Shown here: piece by piece, positions 35,761 through 49,180 of the stretch
Layout of the letters: each line of letters opens with the position of its first letter
How positions within the stretch are numbered: position 1 is the stretch's first letter
NCBI RefSeq assembly: GCF_006345805.1
Contig: NC_043010.1
Location: forward strand, 49,104,001-49,168,000
Reading direction: 5' to 3'
Length of the DNA: 64,000 bases
Source: Octopus sinensis
Taxonomy: Eukaryota
Made by a program: the position numbers and the translations under genes
Notes under the pieces: generated by a model
What the model was told of the DNA's origin: nothing
The model's database searches: none
What the model saw: only the letters and a program-made list of their open reading frames with translations

Positions 35761-38700
35761 GAGAGTTAACTGCTATTTCAAGCAGGTTGAGCAACTCCAC
35801 ATACAGGCTCAGAGTTAGCTCATATTTCTGCTATTTGATTTTATTGATACCAAATAGTTTTAAGAGTTCAAATCATGTAACAAAATACATACTGCCAAAA
35901 TACTGATGTAGCCTCAATCAGCTCAGGCTATTCCATTCACAAGCTTTAAGAGATTTTCGCCTCAAAATTATTAGTAAGACAGTGAGCTGGCAGAATTGTT
36001 AGCACACTGCGCAAAATGTTCAGTGGAGTTTTGTCTGTCTTTACATTCTGAGTTCAAACATCACCAAGGTCAACTCTGTCTTTCATCCTTTCAAAGTCAA
36101 AACTACCAGTTACACACTGGGGTTGATTCAATCATTGAGCATACACACACATAGAAATTTCAGGCCGTGTGCCTATATCAGAAAGGTGGCACATAAAAAG
36201 CACCATCCGTTCGTGGCCGTTTGCCAGCTCTGTCTGGCACCTGTGCGGGTGGCACGTAAAAAGCACCCACTACACTCACGGAATGGTTGGCGTTAGGAAG
36301 GGCATCCAGCCGTAGAAACACTGCCAGATCTGACTGGGCCTGATGAAGCCTTCTGGCTTCACAGACCCCAGTTGAACCGTCCAACCCATGCTAGCATGGA
36401 AAACGGACGCTAAACGATGATGATGATGATGATTAAGGTGGTGCATTGACAGAAACACTATAGTATTACTTTGAATTTCTGAGTTCATGTCCTGCTCAGG
36501 TCAACTTTGTCTTTGACCTCTTCCAAGGTCAATAAAGTACCAGCCAAATACTAGGGGTCAATAGAATAGATTATTCCTCTCCTTCAAATTTCAGGTTTTG
36601 TGGCTATGTTAGAATTAGAACTTTTTTTTAATTAGTCTATTGGTCTGAAAATATTCTTTCTCTCTAACATATCCTTATAGTAACTGAGCAAATGTTGACA
36701 CAGCAACCAACCACTTGATCATAATCTTAGCATTTGGTCATCACTAACTTCATAATGACTATAAAGTTAGTGACGACCAATGCTGAGAATTTTAGCACTT
36801 TCATTTATCCCTCGGTGTTATGATTTATCAAACTATCTTGACTTTAATTTAGCCAGCTCTTCTGTTTGTTGTGTTAGGTAGACTAGACAAAGCAGGTTTT
36901 CTTTATCTCATCTAAGCTCTATATTTAACAGCTGTTCATTTACCACTAATACACACATACACACAAACTCACAGCTGACACAATAATAGTATTAATTCTA
37001 ATAACAATCTTTATGTGAACCTTAGCAATGAACTCTCTCTCTCAGTTCATTACATTTTTTTTTCAAACAGATGCAAAAGGATTAACATTATCCAACAGCT
37101 CTGTCAACCACCCACTCTGCTCTCATCTACCATTCTGTAAATAAACAAATTAACAACAGATTTTTTTTTTTTTTGCACGAACCAGCAGCTTGTCTTCACA
37201 GTTCAAAGTGATCTTCAGAGTGTCATCATGGAAATATTTACAATAGCACCTATTATTACAGTCACAGAATGCATATGCACATACAGTGCACAACAGACTG
37301 ATACAACGCTTCTCCCTCCACCTGTCTTTCCTTGGCAAATAGAGAGTAACACAATATGCAAACTACAGCTGCAAGTTACATATTAAACTAAAGGAATCTT
37401 GTTAATTGACAATTTTACATTTATATACACACACACACACACACAACTAAAAGCAAACAACTACATAAATAATTAAAAGCAAGCAGTAACACATACACAA
37501 TTAGCATCCAGTTATGCTGACACAGAGGTACAAGCAATTCGAATTTGCTGGTATTTACAACCTGTAGTTGGGTGAGTCAGGTCAATCCAAGGAGGATTTA
37601 GCACACTGCTTTCACTACGTAAGGTGGGTGACAGTGTCTTCAGATCAATTCCAAGAAAGGTCGATCAAGAAGGTGGAAAATATTTTCACTAAATATGTTT
37701 CAAAATGACGTTTAATGCTGATTGGAGATCAATAATCAAAGTGATCAATTAGTAGGTCACCATCTGATTAGAAAACCACAGTAGCGGAATTTAATATTAC
37801 TTCTTTTTCTTTCTTTCCATTCTCCCTCCTCCCCTGCTGACATTTTCTTGAATTTTTTTTAATGATTTGTGTATTTGTGTGTATTATATTGCATGTGTGT
37901 GATAAAAATCAGAGGTGATGATATTACTGAAGTATATAGAAATCAATTTCTCCATCTTCAATAAAAATATGATAATTATCAACTTAAAAGCTCATTTGGA
38001 GCAGACACATATCTCACAATTTTAATTATTAAATTAATCTATTATGGCCTTAAATATTCCAGAAAGTCAGTCAGTCAGTCAAAGAGACAAATATACAATC
38101 CCAACAAAACTAAATGTTTATGCACTGTAAAGAAAAGAGAAATCTAAAGTTTTAGGCAGGGCTGCTTATGAGAGAGAAGAAATGAGAAGTAAGATGAAAA
38201 CTTGGCAGAACTGTTAAACTAGCAGATAGAAAGAATGTTTGGGTGTTCTGGAACTATGTGCTTAAGTTCAAATCCTGCCAAAGTCAACTTTACCTTTCAT
38301 CCTTTCAGAATGGAAAAATTTAAGTACCAGTCCCGTGCTGGACATCAATTCTTACTTCTGTCACTTCCTCTCTCTTTCGAAGATCTACTGCACTTTCGAA
38401 GATCCAAAGAGGCCTGAGTACAGCAGATCCTCCAAAGAGAGGTTTAAGCACAGCAGTTTAAGAACAGGCCTTGGACAAATTTTAATCCTGAGTGGTTGGC
38501 ATTAGGAAGGGCATCCAGCTGTAGAAACCTTGCTAGATCAGATTGAAGCCTAGTGCAGTCTCCCGGCTTGCCAGTCCTCAGTCAAACCATCCAACCCATG
38601 CCAGCATGGAAAATGGATGTTAAACAATGATGATGAAGTCAATTTTAAAAAATACCAAACACATGTAAAATGTACCTTCCTGTCTCCATGAAGAGTTAAG

Positions 38701-40002
38701 GGTCCAAGACAATGCAAAGTGAAGGAGAAATGTGATCTCTCTGATAATTTATTCCCCGACTCCAATTAGAATGTACCTTTTAAAGGAACATCTTTTAAAC
38801 CAAAATTAGAAAGTGGGACATGTTAAAGAAGAAACTAATCTGTGAAGGATACGCAGGGGAACAAATATTACAGTTTGGGATACAGAATCGACTCTTCTTG
38901 GTGCAGATCATCACCTAATTCTGAGTAGTCTAGGTGTTTATTTTCCATTTATAGTCAATTAAACCTTCCGTTTGAATGTAGTGCTATAATGAGGGTACAT
39001 TAATATTTTTGAAATTAAGCTCAAGTATAAATTTCCAGAATTAGATAGTTCACCCAATTTTCCACTACTTATTTTATGTCAACAAATTGGTTTGAATTCC
39101 TTGTTAGAATTATTTCACTTCAGAGCAAAGTTATAACTATTTATAACTTGTAGTTAGTATTTATTTTACCAACCCTGGAGGCAAAGCCAGCATTCTGACC
39201 TGTCTTTGAAATCCAAATTTTATCTTCTACATGTTTCAATCATTGGATTGTGGCCATGCTGGAAAACAAGCTTGAGGGGTTTAAGTCAATAAAGTTGACC
39301 CCAGTATCTTTTTTAAACAAATCTGGTGCTTATTCTGGTTCTTTTGCCAAACCATTAAGTTATTGGTCATAAACAAACCAACACTAGTTGTCAAACAGTT
39401 TTAGGATACACACAAACAGGCTTCCACATAGTTTCTGCCTACCAAATTCACCCACAAGGTATTGGTTGGCCTGGGACTACAGAAGAAGACACTAAATAGT
39501 TGCAAAGTGAGGTTCATAACACAAAAACCATGCCTGCATCAATACAGATGAATGAAACAAAACACTGTAAAATATTTAAATGAATCTGATTTAAGAGTAT
39601 CTAACGTTTCTATCATAACAAAAGCATTCAACCACTTCAAGTGGACGGAACTTCTGGAAGTGGGAGACCCAGGAAAACATGGAACAAAGTATTGACGGAA
39701 ATGACTAAGGACTAAGATATCTGGCACACTGCTGTACTCAAGGCCCATCCACCACAACAGAATTGATATAGTTGCTGGTGACACATTAAAAATACTGGTA
39801 CTGGTGCCATATAAAAAGTAGCCAGTACACTCTGTGGAGTGGTGGGTGTTAGGAAGGGCATCCAGCTGTAGAAACCATGCCAAATCAGACAATGGAGCCT
39901 GGTGTGGCCCCTGGCCTTACCAGCTCCAGTTAAACTGTCAAACCCATGCCAGCATGGAAAACAGACATTAGATGATGATGATGAATCAACTAATCAACTT
40001 AC

Positions 40003-40281
40003 CTCTGCTCCAAACCATAGTTGACCAGCAAGGCTTTCCTGCAAAACATCATCTGGAAATTTTACACGGAAATCTCTGTTAGCTCTATCAACGTCAATGG
40101 CTTTATCCATTATTTTTTGGATAATGTTGAGCACTTTGTCCTGACATCCACGTAACTGGTTGACTAAGAGTGTGCAGCGTTCAGGGTCTTTATGACCGTC
40201 AAAGCTGTCCAGCTCTGCAGCCACCATGTTCAGCTCTTCATCTGCATAGTAGAATTGAGCCAAAAGGGACCGATCAGACTT
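40003..40281 (-). CDS. ZFYVE28: LST2/ZFYVE28 coding exon, first found in window (279 nt, phase 0-0): [36 protein letters not shown]...[23 protein letters not shown]
   Basis: Translation matches the conserved LST2 N-terminus (recalled human [26 protein letters not shown]...[10 protein letters not shown]). Acceptor ttctatttcag at 40282-40283; donor GTAAGT at 40002. Confidence 0.95.
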
Positions 40282-43200
40282 CTGAAATAGAAGAAAACGA
40301 AATGATTAAAATAGATTGAAACAAATGTTAATTTGTCAAAAATATTAAACCGAAAAAACAAAACAAAACAAAAAAAAGCATCAATTGTCTTTAAAAAACC
40401 CTGAATTCTTTCTCTTTATTTATTTACAGCTTTTAACAAAGTAATATCATTGTGGCATTCGGAAGGGTATCTAGCTGTAGAAGCCATGCCAAAGGAGGCA
40501 CTGGAGTACAAATGTCCTCTTTAGACACATTGGAGTCCGTCAAATGGTCAAACCATGCAAGCATGGAATATTGACATTAAATAGTGATAAGATGATGATG
40601 AATGTTTCATTGCATAGAACTAGAATCACTCTAGTTGTATCTTCTCTTGGTAGACATAGTATTTTAGGGATATAAAAGACAAAGATGTGACATTACATTC
40701 ATATACATAGCATACACAATGGAAAGAAAGTAAAATGACTACAGCCTAGACTCGACTCCAGATTGTGAACTAAATTCATTCAGTTTAACACCTAAGACAT
40801 TCTAGTCGAACACCTATGACATTCTTGACACAGATCTCAGTGCTTAAACTGAATAAGCTTTTTAGAGTGAAATCATTTCCCATGACTCAAAGCAGAGAAA
40901 TCAATACTTTACAACTCTGTTCTCTCTAAGCTATGTGTGTGTGTGTGTGTGTGTGCATACATTTTGTCAATCAACACACAAAAGGAAATATGTGTATAAG
41001 AAATTAATGCCTAGTTAATAACAAAAAGGTTAGCTGCATAAAATAATAATTAAGCTTATTATATACATTCAATATGCAGATGCTTTTTGTGATACAAAAA
41101 CATTTTTATGAGAAAATTTTTGTGCACATTTACGACCATAAATTAATAAAAACATTTTTAAACAATAATCACCAACCACGACATGAAAATATGACTGCTC
41201 TGAAGGTACTTCTTAATCTATGAAAGTTTTTCCTCTTTTTCAACATTATTTTAACGTCCCCTTTTCTGCAACCAAATGCCCTTTCTTTTGCTAAGTCTCG
41301 CCCATTTCCAAGTAAAGTAATATTTCCCCACTGACAAGGCTGGTTTTCACGGAATATTCGAAATGAACATCATTTGTGATGTTTGTTTACAACTATTGAA
41401 TGATGGCAAGACTAGGATACATACAAACATGCACATGTAATATATCCTTTCTGCTATAGGCAGAAGGCCTGAAATTGGGGGGAGGGGGAAGAGAAGGGTC
41501 AAGTTAATTACATCGATTCCAGTGCTCAACTGGTGCTTATTTCATCAAGCCCAAAAGGATGAAAAGCAAAGTTGACCTTGGCAGAATCTGAACTCAGAAC
41601 AAACAAACAAACAAACAAACAAACACCCACACATGCTATATCGTTTTAATTTCTACTTTTCCATGCTTCTATGAGTCAGAATTTGTTGAGAGATTTTCTG
41701 CAAACAGATTCCTTTCCTGTTGATAATCCTAGCCAAACACAGTATAATACTTCCCCATGACCAGGCATGTTTTCATAGAAGACTGGAAATGTAAAACATT
41801 GCATTTGATGCTCATTTACAACTTTTTGCGTGGTGTCAAAATGAGACACTCACACACACAATGGGCTTCTTTCCAGTTTCTGTCTACCATGTGGAACCAC
41901 TGCTTAACCACCATTGTTCCCAGGTTTACTTGAACTCAGAGTCCCAACATATTAGGTCTTATATGTGAAGACTGTATCCAGCAGACTCTGCAGAAGAAAC
42001 CTTCACAGTTCAACAGAGGGGAAGGTAGCTGCAGAAACACATTGTGGAGTGCAGAGAGTAAGATCAAGTAAGACATATTGGTCAGTCATAGAATCTGTCT
42101 CCACCCTCAGTCCATCTTGATTTGGTCTTGCCACTCTACTGAAGATAGTCATAGGCAAGAATGTGAGGTTGACAGTGCACAACTCTACTTCAAACAAAGT
42201 CACAGTGCAAGTAATCAGTCATCCTTGAGGTTGATTCGAAGGTCCTTGTTGCTCCAACAAACAAACATGACCTCCTTTAGCAGCATTCCGTGTAACAAGC
42301 ATTTGAACTTAACCATCACCTAGCCCCCTGCTTAATGTTTTTTATGTTTTCTTTATGAATCCTGACCATTATTTCCTGTGACATTAAAACTGAACATCAA
42401 CCACATCAATTTCACCTGTTTATGAGGATTGGCAAAGGTCATGGGCTTTGCACCAACCCCTGCCTGATTAATCTATGTAATTATGAAAAAATGAAACAAC
42501 AAAAAGTCACTGATGCACAGTAAAATACTTTCCAATACATAAGTCAAGAATTTGGCAAGTTTCCAAAACACAAGGATTTCAAATGAATGGAAAGAAGTCT
42601 TTCACAGAATATTGCTTTATAGTTGGCTGAATTAGATCTGTCTAACCATTAAACCCCTTATGATACTGAATCACATGAGACTGTCCCTGTCTGATTCTAT
42701 GCTATAAACTTCCACTTATGTGATCTAAATTTATATTTTCCACCGAAATTTCAATTTATGTTCCAATCACCAACTTAATAATGACAAGGTTATTTTATTA
42801 AATTCTTCATTATTTTCAAAATTAATTGAGCAAGGGCAATGTATTTCAACAGAAATAACAAAATGGTTAGTTCAAACAGCCAATCCAAAACCCCCATGAA
42901 CAAATGTTGAGAATCTCATTTGTATTTGATTCCCATTTTACATTTCAAATGTGGCAAATCTCCAGTTCACATTCTAGCTGATCTATCACTAAATAGTGTT
43001 ATATTTTGCAACTGTTCCATTAAGTCTATTGGTATCTTATTTCTTACCTGCTCTAGTCATTGGACTACAGCCATGCTGGGGTACAACTTTGTAGGGTTTA
43101 AGTCAAACAGATTGACCTCAGGACTGTTTTCTTAAAGTCTTATTTTATTCTATTAGTCTCTTTTGCTGAACTACCAAGCTATAGGGACATTAACAAACCA

Positions 43201-43804
43201 ACGCTGGTTGTCAACACATGCATATATATGATGGGCTTCCACAGTTTCTGTCTACCAAACTGTTTCACAAGGCATTGATCGGTCTGTTTGTAAGCTTTAC
43301 TTCAAACCTGTATTTGAGGATGTCGTCACTTTATAACTTTGCGGAAGTTTAAAAAAAAAAAATTTCAAACCACTTGAGTTTCCCAACCACTATATACAAA
43401 AAAAAAAAAAAAAATCATCACGAGATATTACATGAGTAATCAACAGATTTCTGTTGAAATACTATCAGAAATAATAATTTTTCTATGAATATCACGCCAA
43501 CCCTAATTAAGGAAATAAACTTCGTAATTATTAAAACATCACATGCTATATTATTCAAGGTTAAATTAAGTGAAGATCACATGTACAACAGCATCTGATT
43601 ATCTTTTATTTTCACTTGTTTCAGTTATTATAAACTGTGGCCATGCTGGGGCACTGCCTTGAAGAATTTTTAGTCAAATGAATTGACACCTAGTATTATT
43701 TTTTAAGCCTGGAACTTATTCTATTGGTGTCTATAACTGAACCATTAAATTATGGGGACACAAACACACAGACACTGGTCATCAAGTAGTGGGGGGGTGC
43801 AAAG

Positions 43805-43837
<33 letters not shown>

Positions 43838-45570
43838 AGTAAATAATTTAATAATTTCAATAGTATTAGACCACAGGCTAAGTGATATTTTTCTTTTAAG
43901 AGTAGGTATAATTCTATCAATAATGAATTTTATACACACACACATGATGGGCTTCTTTCATTTTCTGCCTACCAAATCCACTCACAAGGCTTTAGTTGGC
44001 CCAAGGCTATAGAAGAAGACACTTGCCCAAGGTGCTACATAGTAGGACTGAACCTGGAACCATGTGGCTGGGAAGCAAGAGGAGAAAAATAGCAATCCAA
44101 GTGAAAAGCCTTAAGCATGGAGTGTATCAGGAACTATCAAAGATGTTTCTAAAAATCTCTCTAACCTAACAATTAGCAACTAAATGTTTGTATCACTGGA
44201 AGCTCTTCCAAGCAAGTGGCATTATCCTGACCATTTGGATATAGTTTTTTGTTTTGCACGATTCATGATATGAAAGCTTATGTTGAAATATATTGAATGT
44301 AGGGAGGGTCATGATACCAACATAAATACATGCACTGGCTTTATTTCATCAGATCTGGAACAACAGGGTCACATCGTTGATGAAGTAGCAAAAGGAAATG
44401 AAAGGTCTATAATAAACCCACTGATTGACTTATTAAACAACTAGTCAAGTAATTAATTAATTGGGTAACTAGTTAACTAAAAATAAAAGTAAAATAAATC
44501 CACTATGTTTATTTTCGGCAAAATGACTGACCCAACATACAACACACACACACACAGTGTTTTCAAGTGTTTTCTGGTACAAAAAGCTTGTCTGGATTGC
44601 TGAACTAAGTTATGGAGATGTAAACAAACCAACATTAGTTATCAAGTGCTTGGGGGACAAACAAAGATGCCAATTCACACACAAGGCATTGGTTGGGACT
44701 GAACCCCAAAACACATAGTAGCAAAGTGAGCTTCTTGACCACACAGCCATGCCTGCACCTACATATAAAACATTTTTAAATGATTTTACATTCATTTTCA
44801 TCACAATAGGTTGGGTTAAATGACTCAACAAATTTAGATACTTAATTAGTTTCCAACACTTACTAATCTCAAATGAGAGAATTATGACTAAGTAGAATAT
44901 TGACTGTTTTTTTTTTTGTTTTTTTTTTTTAATGATGGCTGAATGTGGTTAGTGAAGTACCTTGGATTAATAGCTATGCTTGGACTTATGGCATTCAGGT
45001 GAAAACAGACAGTGCCCTAACCACTCAGCTACCAAGCTTCAATGACTGCATTTCACCACTATGTATGAATAACAGTTGATGCCAGAGAAAAGAATACGGT
45101 CTCAAGTGAATGTGGCATTGAATGTAGCAGTGAAATATTAAAATTTAATGCCAGAAACACATGTCTGCTCGCTAGATGCATCCAGCAGACAGACATTAAA
45201 ACACAAAAGAACGAAACAAACCTTTATTGTATTATAACATCTAACAAAAAGCCAATCAATGTCTAGAGACCTAGATGGAAGCAACAAATTCAAATGACTT
45301 AATTTAGGCTGTTTGGCAATAATTCAGTTGGAAATTTGTCCAGCCTTAAGACACAGGAAATTTAACAGTGTGTGTGTGTGTAAAACACACTTTGCTGTCA
45401 GTAAACATGAGGCCATGAGTAAAACAGACTCTCTTCCCATGACTATCATCATCGCCATTGATTTAATATATGATGTACCTTTTTCCCATGCAGGCATAGG
45501 TTGCAGAAATATGTGGTTCACTATTTTTCTATGTGCCTTAATGATGTCATCTCTCACCTGAGGGGATCTA

Positions 45571-45772
45571 CAAGGGGGTGCTGAAACATTCCTCACTTTA
45601 AGGGTACCATGAAATGCCTGGTTGGGGGCCCAACATTCAGGGTTTTTTCTTTTACAGGGTTTAGAAAAACTGAAGGACCACTGCAATAAGTGTATGAATC
45701 CTAGAGGGGAATGTTTCCTCCTGTATTTTTTTTTTTTTTTACCCAAAATCAGGAACTTTTCAGCACCCTCTC
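45571..45772 (+). mobile_element. Mariner-derived MITE with TIRs and TA flanks
   Basis: ggggtgctgaaacattcct ... aggaacttttcagcaccc. Interior encodes LEKLKDHCNKCMNPRGE, resembling a mariner C-terminus. Confidence 0.75.
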
Positions 45773-46189
45773 TAACATACCCAGAAGTAGTCAAATTCCA
45801 ACATGTTAAGTCTTTGATCTGTCGCTGATGTGGATATATCCTACCAAGAACTTACATCACTTCTTCATCAAACAACCCCCCCCTCCCACCACCATCCACT
45901 TGCTCTTACCAACACACAAACCCTCATGTGAATTAACAACATTGTACATCACCGAACCACACTAAACTCATTACTCACCAATCAATGCAGATACATATCA
46001 CAAATGAAAATTAATTAGCACTGCTAGTGTTTATTCATCAATATGTATGATGTACACAAATAAAATACACACATACATAATGGACTAGCCATTTATTGAA
46101 GAATGCTGATGCAAAAGTTACAATGACAGTACAGCATGGCAACAGTGCTAACGCTCAGGCCATGCCTTTCTTTTTTTTCTTTGATTCTT

Positions 46190-46420
46190 TTTTTTTTTAA
46201 TTATTTAGTGAGGAAGGAGGAGCGCAGCCCATGACCTTTGAAAGATATTGATATAGTGTGCATTTATTTTGAACAGTATCTGTAAATCGGTGTCTGTAGG
46301 TAAAACGTGAGTGAGAAAGGAATTTCAGAGAGAGTTGGCCTTCTGGGAGAATATGGTTAAGGTGTTAAATATGTAAAAAGAGGTGCATGGTGGTAAAGTG
46401 GTTAGTGCTGTAAGCCCTCA
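46190..46420 (-). mobile_element. CR1/L2-group LINE 3' remnant
   Basis: Minus frame FSQKANSL*NSFLTHVLPTDTDLQILFK resembles the FF.RT..LWNSLP..VFP...DL..FK C-terminal motif. Confidence 0.5.
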
Positions 46421-47946
46421 ACAAGACCATTAGAATTTGTTCTATTTTTTATTGGTTTTAGCAATTGTACTGCAACCAGGCTGGGACACCACCTTTAAAG
46501 ATTTTTTATCAAACAAATCGACCCCAGTACTTATTTTTTAAACCTGGTACTTATTCTATAAGTCTCTTTTACTGAACTACTAAATTATGGGAGACATACA
46601 CAAACCAACATCAGTTATCAAGTGGTTATGGGGGAACAAACACAAACACACACATAACAGGCTTCTTTCAGTTTCTGTCTACCAAATCCACATATAATGA
46701 TTTGGTTGGCCCAAGGCTATAATAGACACTTGCCCAGGTGCCAGACAATGGGACTGAACTTGGAATGATATGGTTGGGAAGCAAACTTCTTAGTACACAG
46801 TCATGTTTGTCTTTTTCTTCCAGTTGAAAAGGATGGGTCCATTTTGCTTCAACAGACCTGTGACAGGGAGGTTAACAATTATACATTTGGAGTGACTCAC
46901 TGATTAGAGAAACATCAGCAAACCTGCTATGGGAATTTGGCACAAACCATAATGCAACGATTGCAGTTTGGTTAGGTTTGGTAGCCTGGATATGTTATTC
47001 CCTCAGTTGGTTGAAATGAGAAGTACCTTAACGGCAGATAACAAGAGCCAATTTAGTGGATGTCATATGGAAGATATATGTAGCTGCACAATGTGTGGTC
47101 AGATAATTCATACAAACTATTTCGATTTCTGGCATTAACTCACAATAAGTAGGCATCAATTGCTATATTTCATACACATACACAAACTAAAACAAATCAC
47201 ATCTATAAATAGGAGTGGAAAATAACTATATGTAAAAATAGTTATTTACACAAACAGACATGCTCATTATTATGATTGTCATTCAATTCAGTTTAACATT
47301 ATTATTATTATTATTATCATTATAATTATTATCTTGTAGGAAATTCAACTTACAACCTATATTCTTATTGTGTTTTTAATCTACAAATTGGTCTTGTTAT
47401 CTGGCTTTTCTTCGAATCACCATTACACCGACAACACTAAATATCCTTGTATCGGTTACAAGTTAGACTGAAATATGATCTGTCAGGTTCTAGTTACTTT
47501 AAGTGCTTCTATCAGTTACTGAACTGGGGTGGTGTGTTGTGGGCATAGACACACATTTATTTAATCTACCTTACTAGCTTAAAACTCAACAGGTGACATT
47601 AAATTAAACATTAGAATATTGATTATAGTTCAGATAGAAAGAATTGTGTTTATTCAGTCACATCGATGATGAGATGGGAATAGTAGGTGATTTCCACCCC
47701 TCAGTGTATTCTATACAACCACCCCGTTCTATTAATCTCACTTAAAAACATCATGTATAGATACATTCATCCAAGTTATTGCCAATGTTCTCCTTTTCTA
47801 ATCATTTTTCTTTCAAGAGTGTCAATAGAACAAGTACCAGATAAGTAATGTGCTGGAATGAATCTTTTATCTTTTACTCGTTTCAGTCATTGGACGGTGG
47901 CCAAGCTGGGGCACCGCTTTGAAGATATATATATATATATATATAT

Positions 47947-48160
47947 ATAACATAAGGGACATTAGCCATTTGAATATGGCTAGGGACAGGGCAGGGCGGT
48001 GGGGGTGTTACTGATGCATTTAGCCCCAGGCGATCATCAACGTCACCAGATAGGCTGACACCATGACGTTGATGATCGCCTGGGGCTAAATGCATCAGTA
48101 ACACCCCCACTGCCCTGCCCTGTCCCTAGCCACATTCAAATGGCTAATATCCCTTGTTAT
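47947..48160. mobile_element. Foldback/MITE-like near-perfect palindrome (~96-bp arms, 18-nt loop)
   Basis: 47947-48045 is the reverse complement of 48064-48160 with 3 substitutions and one 2-nt indel near the end. Confidence 0.85.
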
Positions 48161-48229
48161 GGAGCAGTTACTGTCTATATCTCGTTTAGAGAATTATTAT
48201 TGCTATATATATATATATATATATATAAA

Positions 48230-49180
48230 CCTTTCTCCCTTCTCACTCTTTTTGTTTCTTTCCCCTCATCCTCTCTCTTGTCCCCTTCTCCTATGCCTCT
48301 TGCTCACATGTGACTATAGGCCATTTCTTTCGCCGTCTTTTCTGGACAGGACAGCCACTGGGCTGGATGTCGTTCCTGTTGCCTCCTGACATTTTACTTC
48401 TGTTTATTCTATTTCCTTTAGGAATTTCTCCCAGGTGTTACCCATTACAATTTATCTTGGCCTAACAGCCCTTAATGTTTGTTTGTCTTGATCGAGTGCT
48501 TACTTTGTACATCCACTCTGTTGTTTTTGTTTGTTCATCTGAAACCCTAACTCTCCAAATTTTATACTTCAAAAATTTCTGGATGTTGCTGTCTTATGAA
48601 GTTTTCCTATCCCGTCGTTAAAAGCATAAAATGGGTCAGTAAAACAGTAGACAACTGGGATCTTTTCGGTTTGACTGGCAGTTTTTTCTAGCGGTGTCAT
48701 ATGAAATTGTCACCCATAATTATGACCCTAGTATCGATCTATTGCTTTTCAATCTGTTTTAGGGTTAGGGTGAGAGTTAGGTTTAGTGGTGAGGGGAAGG
48801 GTATCTTTTTTTCTTCACAAATGTAAATAAACCCAATCTGTTTCTTAAACAAGGGACATATTCATATGGCACAGAATGATTTCACCTCAATAGACGTCAT
48901 TGATTGGTTGAAATTGCAGAAATTGAAGAAAAAAACCAACAAATATCTTACAAACCATAGTTTTTTCTCAATAAAGCCAAGAGAAAAAGATGTTTTATAA
49001 ACGCATTCTACCAGTATACGAAGTTTAAAAGTGTTTAGTTACATGGAAATTATTTTTAAAAACTGCCGATCAAACCGAAAAGATCCGACAACTGATGAGC
49101 AAGTTATCTTCTTTTGATATTTTGTCCTGTACTTGTCTCTCATGTGTTTACGTATTTTTATCTCGTTGGTGATGTCCTGT
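48230..49180 (+). mobile_element. Second member of the 29-kb family, interrupted by the 8-bp-TSD MITE
   Basis: Shared tcttg(tt)gctcaca(c/t)gtgac, gacaactgatga and gttggtga(c/t)(a/g)tcctgtac motifs in the same order. Confidence 0.6.
48658..49086. mobile_element. 429-bp non-autonomous DNA transposon with 29-bp TIRs and a perfect 8-bp TSD (Merlin/MULE-like?)
   Basis: Left ggatcttttcggtttgactggcagttttt versus right (reverse complement) ggatcttttcggtttgatcggcagttttt, 27/29 identical; TSD gacaactg at 48650-48657 and 49087-49094. Confidence 0.9.

Noticed and set aside
37150-37338. Cys-rich minus-strand ORF in intron 2
   Set aside because: Short, runs into a poly-A tract, no recognisable domain spacing and no convincing splice sites.
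42003-42323. ORF-rich stretch possibly from a LINE endonuclease
   Set aside because: Only a vague resemblance to an SDH-type motif; cannot be assigned.
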